A DNA stretch of 64,000 bases from Lachnospiraceae bacterium. Lineage in GTDB: Bacteria > Bacillota > Clostridia > Lachnospirales > Lachnospiraceae. The translations under genes were made by a program, and so were the position numbers. How positions within the stretch are numbered: position 1 is the first letter of the stretch; every line of letters starts with the position of its first letter. Positions 39,264-49,854 of the stretch are shown here, one piece after another. The stretch is from contig JBMNRD010000004.1 in NCBI GenBank assembly GCA_050944475.1, forward strand, positions 113,963-177,962. Reading direction: 5' to 3'. The notes under the pieces were generated by a model, which was not told the origin of the DNA, ran no database searches, and saw nothing but the letters and a program-made list of their open reading frames with translations.

Positions 39264-40382
39264 TTGTGTGCATTAATTTCCCTTAGGAATCTTGTGATGG
39301 AGTTCGACGGCGTACGTGTGTTGGACTCCATCAATCTTGATATTGAAGATAAAAAGTTCATGACTCTGGTTGGGCCCTCCGGCTGTGGTAAAACCACAAC
39401 TCTCAGGATAATAGCGGGCTTTCAAATCCCCACCGGCGGAGATATCCTTTTCAACGGAACCGATATCAGTAAAGTCCCTGCCTACAAGCGCCAGATTAAC
39501 ACCGTTTTTCAAAATTATGCACTTTTCCCCCATTTGGATGTATATGACAACATCGCTTTCGGATTGAGGGTTGCAAAGCTTTCCGAGGCGGAGATTGACA
39601 TGCGTGTTACGGAAATGCTTTCCTCCGTATCCCTTAAGGGCTTTGAAAACCGCAAGATTGCATCCCTGTCGGGCGGACAGCAACAGCGTGTTGCTGTGGC
39701 AAGAGCCCTTGTCAACCGCCCCAAAGTGCTGCTCCTTGATGAGCCCTTAAGCGCCCTGGACCTTGCTTTGCGCAAGGACATGCAAAACGAGCTGAAGCGC
39801 ATCCAGCAGGAGGTTGAAATTACCTTTGTATATGTAACTCACGACCAGGAAGAGGCTTTGTCCATGTCTGATACCGTGGTCGTAATGGACTCCGGACGGA
39901 TTCAACAGATAGGAACTCCCGAAAACATTTATAATGAGCCGGCCAATGCCTTTGTTGCCGACTTCGTGGGCGAATCCAATATCATTGACGGCATCATGAT
40001 TCGTGACTTCCGGGTTAAGATATTTGACAGGGAATTTGACTGTGTGGACAAGGGATTTGCTCCGAATGAGAATGTCGACGTGGTTATTCGGCCGGAGGAT
40101 ATAGACATTGCGCCTGCCGATTCCGGTCACCTGTGCGGCACAGTTACATCGGTAACCTTCAAGGGCGTCCACTATGATACAATTGTTGATTTCAAAGGCT
40201 TTAAGTGGCTTATTCAGACCACGGATTACTGCCCGGTCGGCTCATATATCGGCATCAAGCTGGATCCGGATAATATTCATGTAATGCGTAAGAGTGAATA
40301 TTCCGGCCAGTTTGGAGATTATAGTTCATATTCCGTAGAATATGATGAAATGGCGGAATCCGAGGAATCACAGGAGGAGTAG
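39264..40382 (+). CDS. potA: spermidine/putrescine ABC transporter ATPase
   Basis: It has Walker A GPSGCGKTT and the signature LSGGQQQR. TTG start follows GGAGGG. Confidence 0.9.
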   Translation: MCALISLRNLVMEFDGVRVLDSINLDIEDKKFMTLVGPSGCGKTTTLRIIAGFQIPTGGDILFNGTDISKVPAYKRQINTVFQNYALFPHLDVYDNIAFGLRVAKLSEAEIDMRVTEMLSSVSLKGFENRKIASLSGGQQQRVAVARALVNRPKVLLLDEPLSALDLALRKDMQNELKRIQQEVEITFVYVTHDQEEALSMSDTVVVMDSGRIQQIGTPENIYNEPANAFVADFVGESNIIDGIMIRDFRVKIFDREFDCVDKGFAPNENVDVVIRPEDIDIAPADSGHLCGTVTSVTFKGVHYDTIVDFKGFKWLIQTTDYCPVGSYIGIKLDPDNIHVMRKSEYSGQFGDYSSYSVEYDEMAESEESQEE

Positions 40383-40385
40383 CCC

Positions 40386-41201
40386 ATGAAGCGTAAGACA
40401 CCGGCAGCTCCTTATATCGCATGGATGCTGCTTTTTACAATAATCCCCTTGGGAATCGTTTTTTATTTCACCTTTACCGAACAGGGAACGGGGAATTTTA
40501 CTCTTGCCAATTTGGAGAGCATCCTGGACTACACCCCCATTTTTCTCAGATCAATCTGGCTGAGTGTGGCTGCAACACTGCTGTGTCTGCTTATCGGATA
40601 CCCCGTGGCATACTGCATTGCCCAGTGCAGGCCCCGTACGCAGTCCATCCTGCAGATGCTCATTATGCTTCCCATGTGTATGAGTTTCCTGCTCAGGACC
40701 CTTGCCTGGGTGGCCATTCTCGAGGATACAGGCATTATTAACAATCTGCTGCTTTCCCTCGGAATTACGCCTCTGCCGCTTATCAGAAACGGCGGTGCCG
40801 TTATTCTGGGCATGGTATATAATTATCTCCCGTACATGATTCTGCCGCTTTATACAAGCATTATGAAAATTAACCCCCGGCTTATTGAGGCAGCCGAAGA
40901 TTTGGGCTGCAACAAGTCTCAGGTTCTAAGGCGGGTGACCCTGCCGCTGTCCCTTCCCGGGATTACCTCGGGCATCACAATGGTGTTTGTTCCTGCAGTA
41001 TCCACATTTTACATTTCACAAAAGCTCGGTTCTCCGGGAACCGTAATGGTTGGTGACATCATAGAATCCCAGCTCAAGGGTGCCTACAATCCCAACCTGG
41101 GAGCGGCAATGTCACTGATATTGATGATTCTCATTTTCATCTGTGTCGGAATTTCCAACCGTTTTACAAAATACGACGATACGGAGGGTTCCTTATCATG
41201 A
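40386..41201 (+). CDS. potB: spermidine/putrescine ABC permease
   Basis: 6-TM permease with an EAA loop (IEAAEDLG). Confidence 0.85.
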   Translation: MKRKTPAAPYIAWMLLFTIIPLGIVFYFTFTEQGTGNFTLANLESILDYTPIFLRSIWLSVAATLLCLLIGYPVAYCIAQCRPRTQSILQMLIMLPMCMSFLLRTLAWVAILEDTGIINNLLLSLGITPLPLIRNGGAVILGMVYNYLPYMILPLYTSIMKINPRLIEAAEDLGCNKSQVLRRVTLPLSLPGITSGITMVFVPAVSTFYISQKLGSPGTVMVGDIIESQLKGAYNPNLGAAMSLILMILIFICVGISNRFTKYDDTEGSLS

Positions 41202-42019
41202 GAAATGCCTCCAGGATTATTACCGTTTTGGTTTTTATCTTCCTTTATATACCCATACTTGTACTTGTTGTTGCCTCATTTAACACGGGCACCGATCTGG
41301 CTGTTTTCAAGGGATTTACCTTCGGCCAATACAGAGAGCTTTTTGAGGATTCCTCCTTGCTCAAGCTTTTGCTTAATACTGTTATCATCGCATTGTCCTC
41401 TACCGCAATTGCTACCCTTTTAGGGACCATGGCTTCCGTGGGCATTTACAATATGCGCGGGAAAATGCGTTCTCTCGTAATGAGCATGACCAATATTCCA
41501 TTGACAAATCCGGACATTGTCACAGGTGTTTCTCTTGCTCTGATGTTCGCCTTTACGGGGACCTTGCTGAAAATCAATTCCGTACTGGGTTTCGGAACTC
41601 TTCTTATTGCCCATGTAACCTTTAACCTGCCCTATGTAATACTTAACGTCATTCCCAAGCTGCACCAAATGGACCCCAACCTGACCGAGGCCGCGCTGGA
41701 CTTGGGATGTACCCCTCTCAAGGCATTCTTCAAGGTCACCATCCATGAAATCATGCCGGGCATCGTTGCCGGGGCCATCATGAGCCTGACAATGTCTCTG
41801 GATGATTTTGTCATTTCCTATTTTGTCACGGGTGCCGGCTTTGTTACCCTGCCGGTGGAGATATACAATTATGTAAAAAAGCCTATTCCTCCAAGACTTT
41901 ATGCACTGTTCACCCTGATGTTTGCGGTCATTCTTATTCTGATGACAGCTATGAACGTCATCCAGGCCTCGGATCGCAAAAAGACCCGGCGTATCCTTGA
42001 GGAAGAGGTGCCGCAATGA
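41198..42019 (+). CDS. potC: spermidine/putrescine ABC permease
   Basis: It has an EAA loop (TEAALDLG). Its start and stop both overlap the neighbouring genes by 4 nt. Confidence 0.85.
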   Translation: MRNASRIITVLVFIFLYIPILVLVVASFNTGTDLAVFKGFTFGQYRELFEDSSLLKLLLNTVIIALSSTAIATLLGTMASVGIYNMRGKMRSLVMSMTNIPLTNPDIVTGVSLALMFAFTGTLLKINSVLGFGTLLIAHVTFNLPYVILNVIPKLHQMDPNLTEAALDLGCTPLKAFFKVTIHEIMPGIVAGAIMSLTMSLDDFVISYFVTGAGFVTLPVEIYNYVKKPIPPRLYALFTLMFAVILILMTAMNVIQASDRKKTRRILEEEVPQ

Positions 42020-43209
42020 AGAAAATTGCTCTGTTTCTAACGGTTTTCATATTTGCGGCAATGTTTCTCCCGTCGGATGTGAAGGCTGCGAAGACCGTCA
42101 CCATTACGGTCTACAACTGGGGACAGTATATTGCGGACGGGACCGACGACTGCGCGGACATCATTAAGCTTTTTGAAGAGGCCTATCCCGATATCAAGGT
42201 CAATTATCTGACCTTTGACAGCAATGAGACCATGTACACGAAGCTGAAAACCGGCGGCGACTCATATGATGTCATTGTTCCTTCGGACTACATGGTGGAA
42301 AAACTGATTGAAGAGGATATGCTGCTGGAGTTGAACTTTGACAATATTCCCAATTATGAATATGTTGACGACAACTTCAAATATCTTCCCTATGATCCTG
42401 AAAATAAGTACTCCGTACCGTATACCTGGGGGCATGTGGGGCTTATTTACAATTCAAAGTATGTCAATGAGGAGGATGCCACCGGCTGGGAGCTGATGTG
42501 GAATCCCACATATGCCGGCAAAATTCTCATGTTTGATAACTGCCGGGACGCCTTTGCCATCGGAGAATCCCTTCTGGGCTACAGTCTTAATACCGAGGAC
42601 CCCGATGAACTGGCCGCCGTTGCCGCCAAGCTGGATGAACAAAAATATCTCATCCAAAGTTATGTAATGGATCAGATTTTTGAACGGATGGAGAGAGAGG
42701 AGGCATGGATTGCCCCTTATTACGCGGGGGACTTCTTAACCATGTATGAGGAAAACGATGCTCTCCGCTTTCTTACTCCCGATCAAGGATTTAATGTTTT
42801 TACAGACGCCCTTTGCATACCGAAAAGCGCACGGCATAAAGAAGAGGCGGAGTGTTTCATAAACTTTTTGTGCGAACCGGAAATTTCCGGGCTGAACATG
42901 GACTATATTTGTTATTCCTCTCCCATTTCGGCCGCCAAGGAATATATGGACGAAGAGTTGGCCTCCAGTGAGATAATTTATCCCCCTGAAGATCTCCTGT
43001 CCAAGGGGGAAGCCTTTTTTGCGCTTTCCATGGAAGGAACTCAACTGATGAACCGCCTTTGGCTGGATGTAAAGGCCGGCGATGACATGCTTGCCTCTTA
43101 TTTGTGGATTACCGGCGGTGCAATTGTCTTTGTAATAGCCCTGTGGCTTTTCTTCAAAATCCGGCGCGCCCGCCGGATTGCACGGAGATGTACCCATTTG
43201 CCGGATTAA
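42016..43209 (+). CDS. potD: spermidine/putrescine-binding protein with C-terminal TM anchor
   Basis: Signal peptide, YNWGQY motif, and the C-terminal hydrophobic helix WITGGAIVFVIALWLFF followed by KIRRARRIARR. Confidence 0.8.
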   Translation: MKKIALFLTVFIFAAMFLPSDVKAAKTVTITVYNWGQYIADGTDDCADIIKLFEEAYPDIKVNYLTFDSNETMYTKLKTGGDSYDVIVPSDYMVEKLIEEDMLLELNFDNIPNYEYVDDNFKYLPYDPENKYSVPYTWGHVGLIYNSKYVNEEDATGWELMWNPTYAGKILMFDNCRDAFAIGESLLGYSLNTEDPDELAAVAAKLDEQKYLIQSYVMDQIFERMEREEAWIAPYYAGDFLTMYEENDALRFLTPDQGFNVFTDALCIPKSARHKEEAECFINFLCEPEISGLNMDYICYSSPISAAKEYMDEELASSEIIYPPEDLLSKGEAFFALSMEGTQLMNRLWLDVKAGDDMLASYLWITGGAIVFVIALWLFFKIRRARRIARRCTHLPD

Positions 43210-43304
43210 AAGTGAAATAGCTGCGCACCGTTCCCGGAAAGGCAGATGCAGTTTCGCAGTGTAATGCCCGTCCTCGGAAACTGCAGCACCTCATTGAGAA
43301 GTTT

Positions 43305-43943
43305 TCAGTCTTCCGCCTCCGGATTAGGCTCCATATAATATATTGCGGAATGCTCAATGAAAAAAACCGAAAGAACAAAAACAACCGTAGCGGCCAGCAG
43401 CAGCAGGTCCAAGATAAACAGACCTGCTGTTTCTTTTTTTATGATTCCGTATACGATACGTATTATGAATGTACAGCCGCTGAAAAGAATTGCGAGCTTC
43501 AGTGCCAGACGGTAGTGCTTAACTCCCAGCCTGTATTGTCTTACAGTCATCCGTGCCGGCGCGAATGTAAAGTAAAACAGCCCGTAAACCGTCCAGGCAA
43601 AGGAAAGCAGACTCAAACCCTGTGCCAGGGCCATATACCAGAGCCGATTTATATCCGCATCCCTTACCGCCGCAAATATGAAAAGGGTGATTGCCGCAAT
43701 CATGGCAGCCCAAGATAAAATACATTTCAGGGTAAACCTCTTTACCTGCCTGACGTAATACTCCGCCACATATTTTCGCACCGCTCCCCGGCGCTTCTTT
43801 CCGGGAATCTCCACAACCTCTTCTATATACCCTTCAAAATACCTTTCGTAGGCGCGGCTCGGAGGGCGCACTTCACTTCCGGCAAGACCGCCTTTTTTGT
43901 AGCTTTCCTTTAAATCGGTTTTAAGATTTTCCTGTTGTCCCAT
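43305..43943 (-). CDS. hypothetical membrane protein (4 predicted TM helices)
   Basis: ORF 43305..44048. ATG at 43943 (MGQQENL) is preferred. No motif recognised. Confidence 0.5.
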   Translation of the reverse strand: MGQQENLKTDLKESYKKGGLAGSEVRPPSRAYERYFEGYIEEVVEIPGKKRRGAVRKYVAEYYVRQVKRFTLKCILSWAAMIAAITLFIFAAVRDADINRLWYMALAQGLSLLSFAWTVYGLFYFTFAPARMTVRQYRLGVKHYRLALKLAILFSGCTFIIRIVYGIIKKETAGLFILDLLLLAATVVFVLSVFFIEHSAIYYMEPNPEAED

Positions 43944-44060
43944 TTTCTCGCGCCGTTTTATTGTTTTGTTTATTCTATTCCATACAATATATCCTTTGCA
44001 AGGATTTAGACAAAAAATACGGGCTATCCCATACAGGATAACCCGCATTCAGAAGAGTTT

Positions 44061-45011
44061 TTAGCCGATCTCTTTTATTCTGCAGCAGGATACAAAATGC
44101 TCTGAAGATATTTCCTGCAATATCTGTGGCTGCTCGCAGTCTTCAGTGGCATACGGACATCTCGGCGCAAAGCGGCAGCCCGGAGCGGGATTGATTGCCG
44201 TGGTGATTTCCCCCTTTAATTCAACCCTTTGCACCGGCTTGAAAATATCCGTGGACGGGATCGCCGAAAGCAGGGCTCTGGTGTAGGGATGCATCGGATT
44301 TTGGAAAAGTTCCTTGGAAGGACTCTTCTCAACCAGCTGTCCCAAATACATCACGCATATGCTGTCTGAAATGTGTCTTACAACCGACAGGTCGTGCGTT
44401 ACAAACATATACGACATGCCGTTCCGATCCTGCAGATCCATCAGAAGGTTCAGCACCTGGGCCTGAATACTTACATCCAGCGCCGAAACCGGCTCGTCGC
44501 ATACGATGAATTCCGGATTCAATGCGAGTGCCCTGGCAACACCTACACGCTGCCGGCGCCCTCCGTCCAGTTCGTGCGGATAAGACAGCCTCAGGCGCTC
44601 ATCTATGCCTACAAGCTCCATCAGGCGGTTTGCCTCGGACTGAATCTCTTTTCCGGATAACCTGCCTGCAATTGCAAGGGGTTCTTTGATGGTGCTGTCA
44701 ATACGCTTTCGCGGGTCAAGAGAGGAATATGGATCCTGAAAAATAATCTGCACTTTTTCCCTGAACTTGCGCAGCTCGCGCCCCCTTACATGGGTAACGT
44801 CCTTTCCGTTCATGAGCACCTGACCGCCTGTAGGCTCCAAAAGGTGGATTATTGTTCTGCCAAGGGTCGACTTGCCGCAGCCCGACTCTCCGACTACTCC
44901 CACCGTTTCGCCTTTATTTATAACAAAGGAAACATCATCCACCGCATGAACATAACCGCCCGGAGTCTTGAAATACTTTTTCAGATTTTTTACTTCAATC
45001 AACGGCGCCAT
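44061..45011 (-). CDS. oppF: oligopeptide ABC transporter ATPase
   Basis: It has Walker [10 protein letters not shown] and a C-terminal Cys-rich oligopeptide-type extension. Confidence 0.85.
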   Translation of the reverse strand: MAPLIEVKNLKKYFKTPGGYVHAVDDVSFVINKGETVGVVGESGCGKSTLGRTIIHLLEPTGGQVLMNGKDVTHVRGRELRKFREKVQIIFQDPYSSLDPRKRIDSTIKEPLAIAGRLSGKEIQSEANRLMELVGIDERLRLSYPHELDGGRRQRVGVARALALNPEFIVCDEPVSALDVSIQAQVLNLLMDLQDRNGMSYMFVTHDLSVVRHISDSICVMYLGQLVEKSPSKELFQNPMHPYTRALLSAIPSTDIFKPVQRVELKGEITTAINPAPGCRFAPRCPYATEDCEQPQILQEISSEHFVSCCRIKEIG

Positions 45012-45012
45012 G

Positions 45013-45984
45013 TTACACCTCCCCTATTCTGCAGCATCTGCACTTGTGTTCCGATGAAATCTCCACCAAAGGAATCTCGCCGCTCTTGCAGGCATCCGTT
45101 GCAAACGGGCAACGGGGATGGAATGCGCAGCCTTCCGGAAGATTTGTGGGATCGGGCATCGAACCGAGGATAGGCTTAAGCCTGTCCGCATCTTTGTTCA
45201 TATCCGGAAGAGAGTTAAACAGTCCTTTTGTGTACGGATGGGTTCTGTTAATGAATATTTCATATTTGGAACCGTACTCAATAATACGTCCCGCGTATAC
45301 AATGGCAACGCTGTCACAATGTTGGGCAACAACCCCCAGGTCGTGTGTAATCAGAATCATTGAAGCGCCATATTGTTTCTTCAAGTTTTCCATCAGTTCC
45401 AGTATCTGGGCCTGAATGGTAACGTCAAGGGCGGTTGTAGGCTCGTCTGCAAGAAGCAGCTCGGGGCTGCATGCAAGCGCCATAGCTATTACAACCCTCT
45501 GCTTCATTCCTCCTGAAAACTCGAAGGGATAATCGTTATACCGTCTTCTCGAGATTCCTACAAGGTCGAACATTTCTCTGGCCTTTTCCCTGGCAACATC
45601 AGAGGAATAATCGTTATGAAGCAAAAGCCCTTCCTCAACCTGCTTGCCCACGGTTATTACCGGATTCAATGCCGTCATGGGGTCCTGGAAAATCATGGCT
45701 ATCTGCTTTCCCCTTACACGCAGCATGTCGGCCTCTGGCTTTTTCAGCAAGTCTTCTCCTTTCAGGAAAATCTCTCCCCCGACAATCCTTGCCGGAGGAT
45801 CCGGCAGAATTCTTAAAATAGATTTGGCAATGGTGGTCTTTCCCGCTCCGGTTTCTCCAACCAACGCAAGAGTCTCACCCTGCTTCATGTCAAACGAAAC
45901 ATTATTTACTGCATGGATGATACTTCCCGCCGAGGTGTATTCCACGGTAAGATTCTTAACCGATAAGAAGTTCTCATTACTCAT
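45013..45984 (-). CDS. oppD: oligopeptide ABC transporter ATPase
   Basis: It has Walker A GETGAGKTT. ATG at 45984 follows GGTGAGGTG. Confidence 0.85.
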   Translation of the reverse strand: MSNENFLSVKNLTVEYTSAGSIIHAVNNVSFDMKQGETLALVGETGAGKTTIAKSILRILPDPPARIVGGEIFLKGEDLLKKPEADMLRVRGKQIAMIFQDPMTALNPVITVGKQVEEGLLLHNDYSSDVAREKAREMFDLVGISRRRYNDYPFEFSGGMKQRVVIAMALACSPELLLADEPTTALDVTIQAQILELMENLKKQYGASMILITHDLGVVAQHCDSVAIVYAGRIIEYGSKYEIFINRTHPYTKGLFNSLPDMNKDADRLKPILGSMPDPTNLPEGCAFHPRCPFATDACKSGEIPLVEISSEHKCRCCRIGEV

Positions 45985-45995
45985 ATGTATACACC

Positions 45996-46892
45996 TCACC
46001 TTCTAAGCTTGGGGTCGAGTGCATCACGAAGCCCGTCACCGACTAAGTTGGCCGCAAGAACAGTGAGTGCAATAAACAATCCCGGGAAAATAATCATATA
46101 CGGATGGCTCATGATATAGCCCCTTGCACTTGATAAGAGCGCTCCCCACTCAGGTGTCGGCGGCTGCACACCCAGGCCGATATAACTGAGAGAGGCCGCA
46201 GCGGTAATATTATCACCGATGCCCATGGTCAGGCATACTATCATGGGAGAAATAGTATTGGGCAGCAAATGTTTGAACATAATGCTGACCTTGGAGCAGT
46301 TTATGCTCTCGCAGGCCTCCAGATACTCTTCTCCCCTCTCCGCAAGTATCTGCGCCCTCATCATTCGTGTGCTGGCCGGAATCTGTCCGATAGACAATGC
46401 CAGCACCGTATTGAAAAAGCCCGGTCCCAGAGCTACGGAAATCATAATACAAAGCAGAACCGACGGAAGAGCAGACAACACGTCCATTATTCTCATGATG
46501 ACGGTCTCAACAATGCCGCCGAAATATCCTGCAACACATCCAAAAATAATAGACATTACCGTTGAAAAGATTGAAGCGGCAAAACCCAATGCCAGAGAAT
46601 ATCTTCCACCGTACAACAGTCTGGAGAAAAGGTCGCGTCCCATCGCATCGGTTCCCATCGGATGCTCTAACGACGGGGGCGACTTCAAGCAGCTTAAGTC
46701 CAGCTCGTTCGGTCCGTACTTTGTAAGCAAAGGAGCCAGCACTGCCGACATAATCATGATCAATAAAATTATGGCGCCAATCTTTGACGAGGGGGAGCGG
46801 ACCGTTCCCTTAAGAATATCCAGAAACATGGAGGAGCGACGGACTTTTTTGATCTCTGTGTTTTGTTTCGCTACTGTCTGCATAAATCTCAT
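45996..46892 (-). CDS. oppC: oligopeptide ABC permease
   Basis: 298-aa BPD-type permease. Confidence 0.85.
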   Translation of the reverse strand: MRFMQTVAKQNTEIKKVRRSSMFLDILKGTVRSPSSKIGAIILLIMIMSAVLAPLLTKYGPNELDLSCLKSPPSLEHPMGTDAMGRDLFSRLLYGGRYSLALGFAASIFSTVMSIIFGCVAGYFGGIVETVIMRIMDVLSALPSVLLCIMISVALGPGFFNTVLALSIGQIPASTRMMRAQILAERGEEYLEACESINCSKVSIMFKHLLPNTISPMIVCLTMGIGDNITAAASLSYIGLGVQPPTPEWGALLSSARGYIMSHPYMIIFPGLFIALTVLAANLVGDGLRDALDPKLRR

Positions 46893-47830
46893 CTCCCCCC
46901 GCTTGAAAACTTGGCTTTAATTCTCGGATCGACCGCCGCATAGGCCAGATCAACCAACAGCATTATCAGGGAAATCATAACCGCAAAGAACAATACGCAA
47001 GCCCTTACTACCGGGTAATCTCTTGTATTGATTGCCGTAAGCATGTACATTCCGACTCCCGGTATGGAAAAAATAGCTTCAATAACCGGTGAGCCCGCAA
47101 TTATCGCGCCCAGAATTTTTCCTATATTGGTAATTGTCGGCATCAGGGCGTTGGGAAGCATATGCTTATAAATAACCGCTCTCTCCTTCAATCCCTTGGC
47201 CCTGGCGGTAGTTATATAATCAGCACGCAGAACCTCCACGATGCTGTTTCTTCCGAATCTGGCATTTACAGCTATTCCTGTTATCGCACTGGCTATGATC
47301 GGCATAATATAACATTGCCAGCTGTCTATTCCGTACGGAGGCAGCCAGTGGAGTTTTGCCGAAAACAGCACTATCATCAGCAGTGCCACCCAGAAGTTCG
47401 GCGCGGCAATAAGAATCATGGCAAGGCCCATTACGACCGAATCCTGCCATCTGCCTGCGTGAACTCCCGCAAATATACCGAGCAGAAGACCAAGGGTCAG
47501 GTTGATTACCATTGCGCAGACACCTATGACTAGGGTGTATGGCATTCTATCCGCAAGCTCTTTAAACACCGGGGTCCCGAAGGTCCATGAATTACCGAAG
47601 TCAAACTTTATAAACGTCTTATACATAAAGACTCCAAGTTGAACTATGTAGGGCTTGTCCAGTCCCAACTTGGCTTCCAGAGCCGCTTTATCCTCCAGTG
47701 TTGCATTCGCGCCCAGCAACGCATCTGCGGGATTCGCCGGTGTGATATACAACATCGAAAAAATAAGAAACGCCGCCAGCACAACTATAATAACCGTGGC
47801 CAACAGACGTTTTAATACAAACTTGATCAT
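46889..47830 (-). CDS. oppB: oligopeptide ABC permease
   Basis: 313-aa BPD-type permease (ITTARAKGL). Confidence 0.85.
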   Translation of the reverse strand: MIKFVLKRLLATVIIVVLAAFLIFSMLYITPANPADALLGANATLEDKAALEAKLGLDKPYIVQLGVFMYKTFIKFDFGNSWTFGTPVFKELADRMPYTLVIGVCAMVINLTLGLLLGIFAGVHAGRWQDSVVMGLAMILIAAPNFWVALLMIVLFSAKLHWLPPYGIDSWQCYIMPIIASAITGIAVNARFGRNSIVEVLRADYITTARAKGLKERAVIYKHMLPNALMPTITNIGKILGAIIAGSPVIEAIFSIPGVGMYMLTAINTRDYPVVRACVLFFAVMISLIMLLVDLAYAAVDPRIKAKFSSGGR

Positions 47831-47927
47831 ATTTTGCTCCTTTTAGGCATACATTCGATTTTTCCCCCTCCGCCCTAAGGCGAAGGGGGACCATAAGCTT
47901 AAAGAGCGTATCGCTTAGGATATACTA

Positions 47928-49481
47928 TCAGCCTAAATTGTATGTGCAGCACTGTGGAAGAATTACACTATCCCAATAGTAGAAGCCGGTAATATCATTG
48001 GTTGCAACTGCAGACGCATTCATATACATCATTACATAATGATAGCCCATATCGGCAACATATTCAAACATAGCGGTAAGGGTATCCTCGCCCCAAGTAT
48101 CGACATTGTTTGCCTTGCCGAAGAGCTCCCACAATTTTTCATCAACTACGAAGCCGTTTGAATACTCGCCGCCGAAATCGGAGGTATTGTACAGACGGTT
48201 CATGGAGTTAACCAGGAATGATCCGCCGGCGGTACCTACGTTAATATCCCACTTTGTAGGATCGGTATTGTATGCGTTGGCGGTAGCCCTGTCAACGGTC
48301 TCAATGTCACTCTTAACGCCAATCTGCTCCCAGAATACCTGGATCATGGTTGCTATATTCTTAATGTTTTCATCACCTGCACAGGTTATATGGAGGTTTT
48401 CACCCTTATAGTCGGACTGGCCGAGGAGCTCCTTTGCCTTGTCAACATCATAGGTGTTGTAGAAGGTCTCGATGTCTTCCCAGGCCTTAACATAGTCCGG
48501 AGATGCCGGTGAACCGTATGCTTTGGTGGCTGTTGAACCGGTAACCGTGGTTGAAAGTGCTTCGCTGTCAATTGCATAGAACAATGCCTTACGCATATTT
48601 GCATCGGGGATTGTCTGGCAGTTAACTGAAAGAACATAAATCTCGTTTGTGGGAACAGATGCGGTGAAAAACTTCTCATCTGCTGCAAAATTCTCGAAAT
48701 CCTCTGCAGGAATATTGCTGCTGATGTCCAGTGAGCCCTCTTTAAGTCCGATAACGTTCTGAGCGGCTTCAGTTACGATTGAATACTCAATTACGTCAAC
48801 ATTCTGCTTACGCATCTCGGTCGGATTTGCATTCCAATAATCTTCGTTAACTTCAACTACAACCTTGGAGCCGCCAACATATTCAACCAGTTTGTAAGGA
48901 CCGGTTGCAACAGGCGCGGTTGCAAACTTTTCTGCATCCCACGCAGCTTCAGTGTAGAGCTGAACGTTGCAAAGCACGTGGTCAAGAGCTGCTACTCCCG
49001 TGTTCTTGTTTGCCCAGGTGAACAGAAGTGTGGTGTCATCCTTAGCCTCAACGCTTACAAAGTTGTTAAACTTAACGGCAAAGCCTGAATCAACATAGTT
49101 AGTGTAGCAATGTACAATATCCGATGCTTTCAGGGCATTGCCCTCCCAGTCCTTAACATTGTCGTTAATCTTTACTTCCCAGTGAAGATCGTCGATCTCC
49201 TCGTATCCGGTTGCAACGTTGGGAACATACTCGCCGTTTATGAAATCAAACAGAGTATCATAAATAGCAGTGTAAATTATCTTGCGGCTGTTACCCTTTG
49301 AGTCCCATGGAAGAAGGTTGGTGGGGTCACTCGAAACGGCCATGTAAACCTTGTCAATTCTTCCGTTTCCGTCTGCATCTGCTTTGCCTGCCGCATCCTC
49401 ACCGCCGGGTTTTTTGCCTTCGCAGGCTGCCAGTGAAAGGATTATTGTCATTGCCAAAAACAAAACTAATAGTTTCTTCAT
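47928..49481 (-). CDS. oppA: oligopeptide-binding lipoprotein (SBP family 5)
   Basis: ATG at 49481. MKKLLVLFLAMTIILSLAAC is a lipobox. Confidence 0.8.
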   Translation of the reverse strand: MKKLLVLFLAMTIILSLAACEGKKPGGEDAAGKADADGNGRIDKVYMAVSSDPTNLLPWDSKGNSRKIIYTAIYDTLFDFINGEYVPNVATGYEEIDDLHWEVKINDNVKDWEGNALKASDIVHCYTNYVDSGFAVKFNNFVSVEAKDDTTLLFTWANKNTGVAALDHVLCNVQLYTEAAWDAEKFATAPVATGPYKLVEYVGGSKVVVEVNEDYWNANPTEMRKQNVDVIEYSIVTEAAQNVIGLKEGSLDISSNIPAEDFENFAADEKFFTASVPTNEIYVLSVNCQTIPDANMRKALFYAIDSEALSTTVTGSTATKAYGSPASPDYVKAWEDIETFYNTYDVDKAKELLGQSDYKGENLHITCAGDENIKNIATMIQVFWEQIGVKSDIETVDRATANAYNTDPTKWDINVGTAGGSFLVNSMNRLYNTSDFGGEYSNGFVVDEKLWELFGKANNVDTWGEDTLTAMFEYVADMGYHYVMMYMNASAVATNDITGFYYWDSVILPQCCTYNLG

Positions 49482-49674
49482 TTCTTCTCTCCTCTCTATG
49501 AAGCTGTTGTGTATACAATGCACAACAGTGTTTCAAATCTATTGTGCATTGTGTCGTTTGCAAACACTGCTTACTGTTCGATTTTAGTATATTTCCGCCA
49601 TAAATACAATATTCTCCACCTCATTATAGCATTCAAAATTCGCACACACTTATTCGCTTATTGCATATATTGCT

Positions 49675-49691
49675 TTTCAGAATTGCTGAAA
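49675..49691. promoter_or_regulatory. perfect inverted repeat TTTCAG-N5-CTGAAA containing a T-N11-A core (LysR-type site candidate)
   Basis: It lies in the divergent oppA/LysR intergenic region, about 165 nt from the LysR ATG. Confidence 0.35.
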
Positions 49692-49854
49692 TCTTTTTTA
49701 ACGTTTCCGTTTTTTCTCTTTTTATTTCTTGCGGAAAATGTATAATTTTTGAGCCGGAACTGCATAAATCTTTGACTATAATATACTTGTCTGCTATATT
49801 TATTTGTGATGAAAGCAGTCCTTGTACCAAAAAATAATCAAAGCGAGGTTCATC

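Noticed and set aside
43247-43285. 9-bp stem TGCAGTTTC / GAAACTGCA between the convergent potD and membrane-protein genes.
   Set aside because: The loop is 21 nt and neither strand has a U-tract. It is too weak to call a terminator or a regulatory element.
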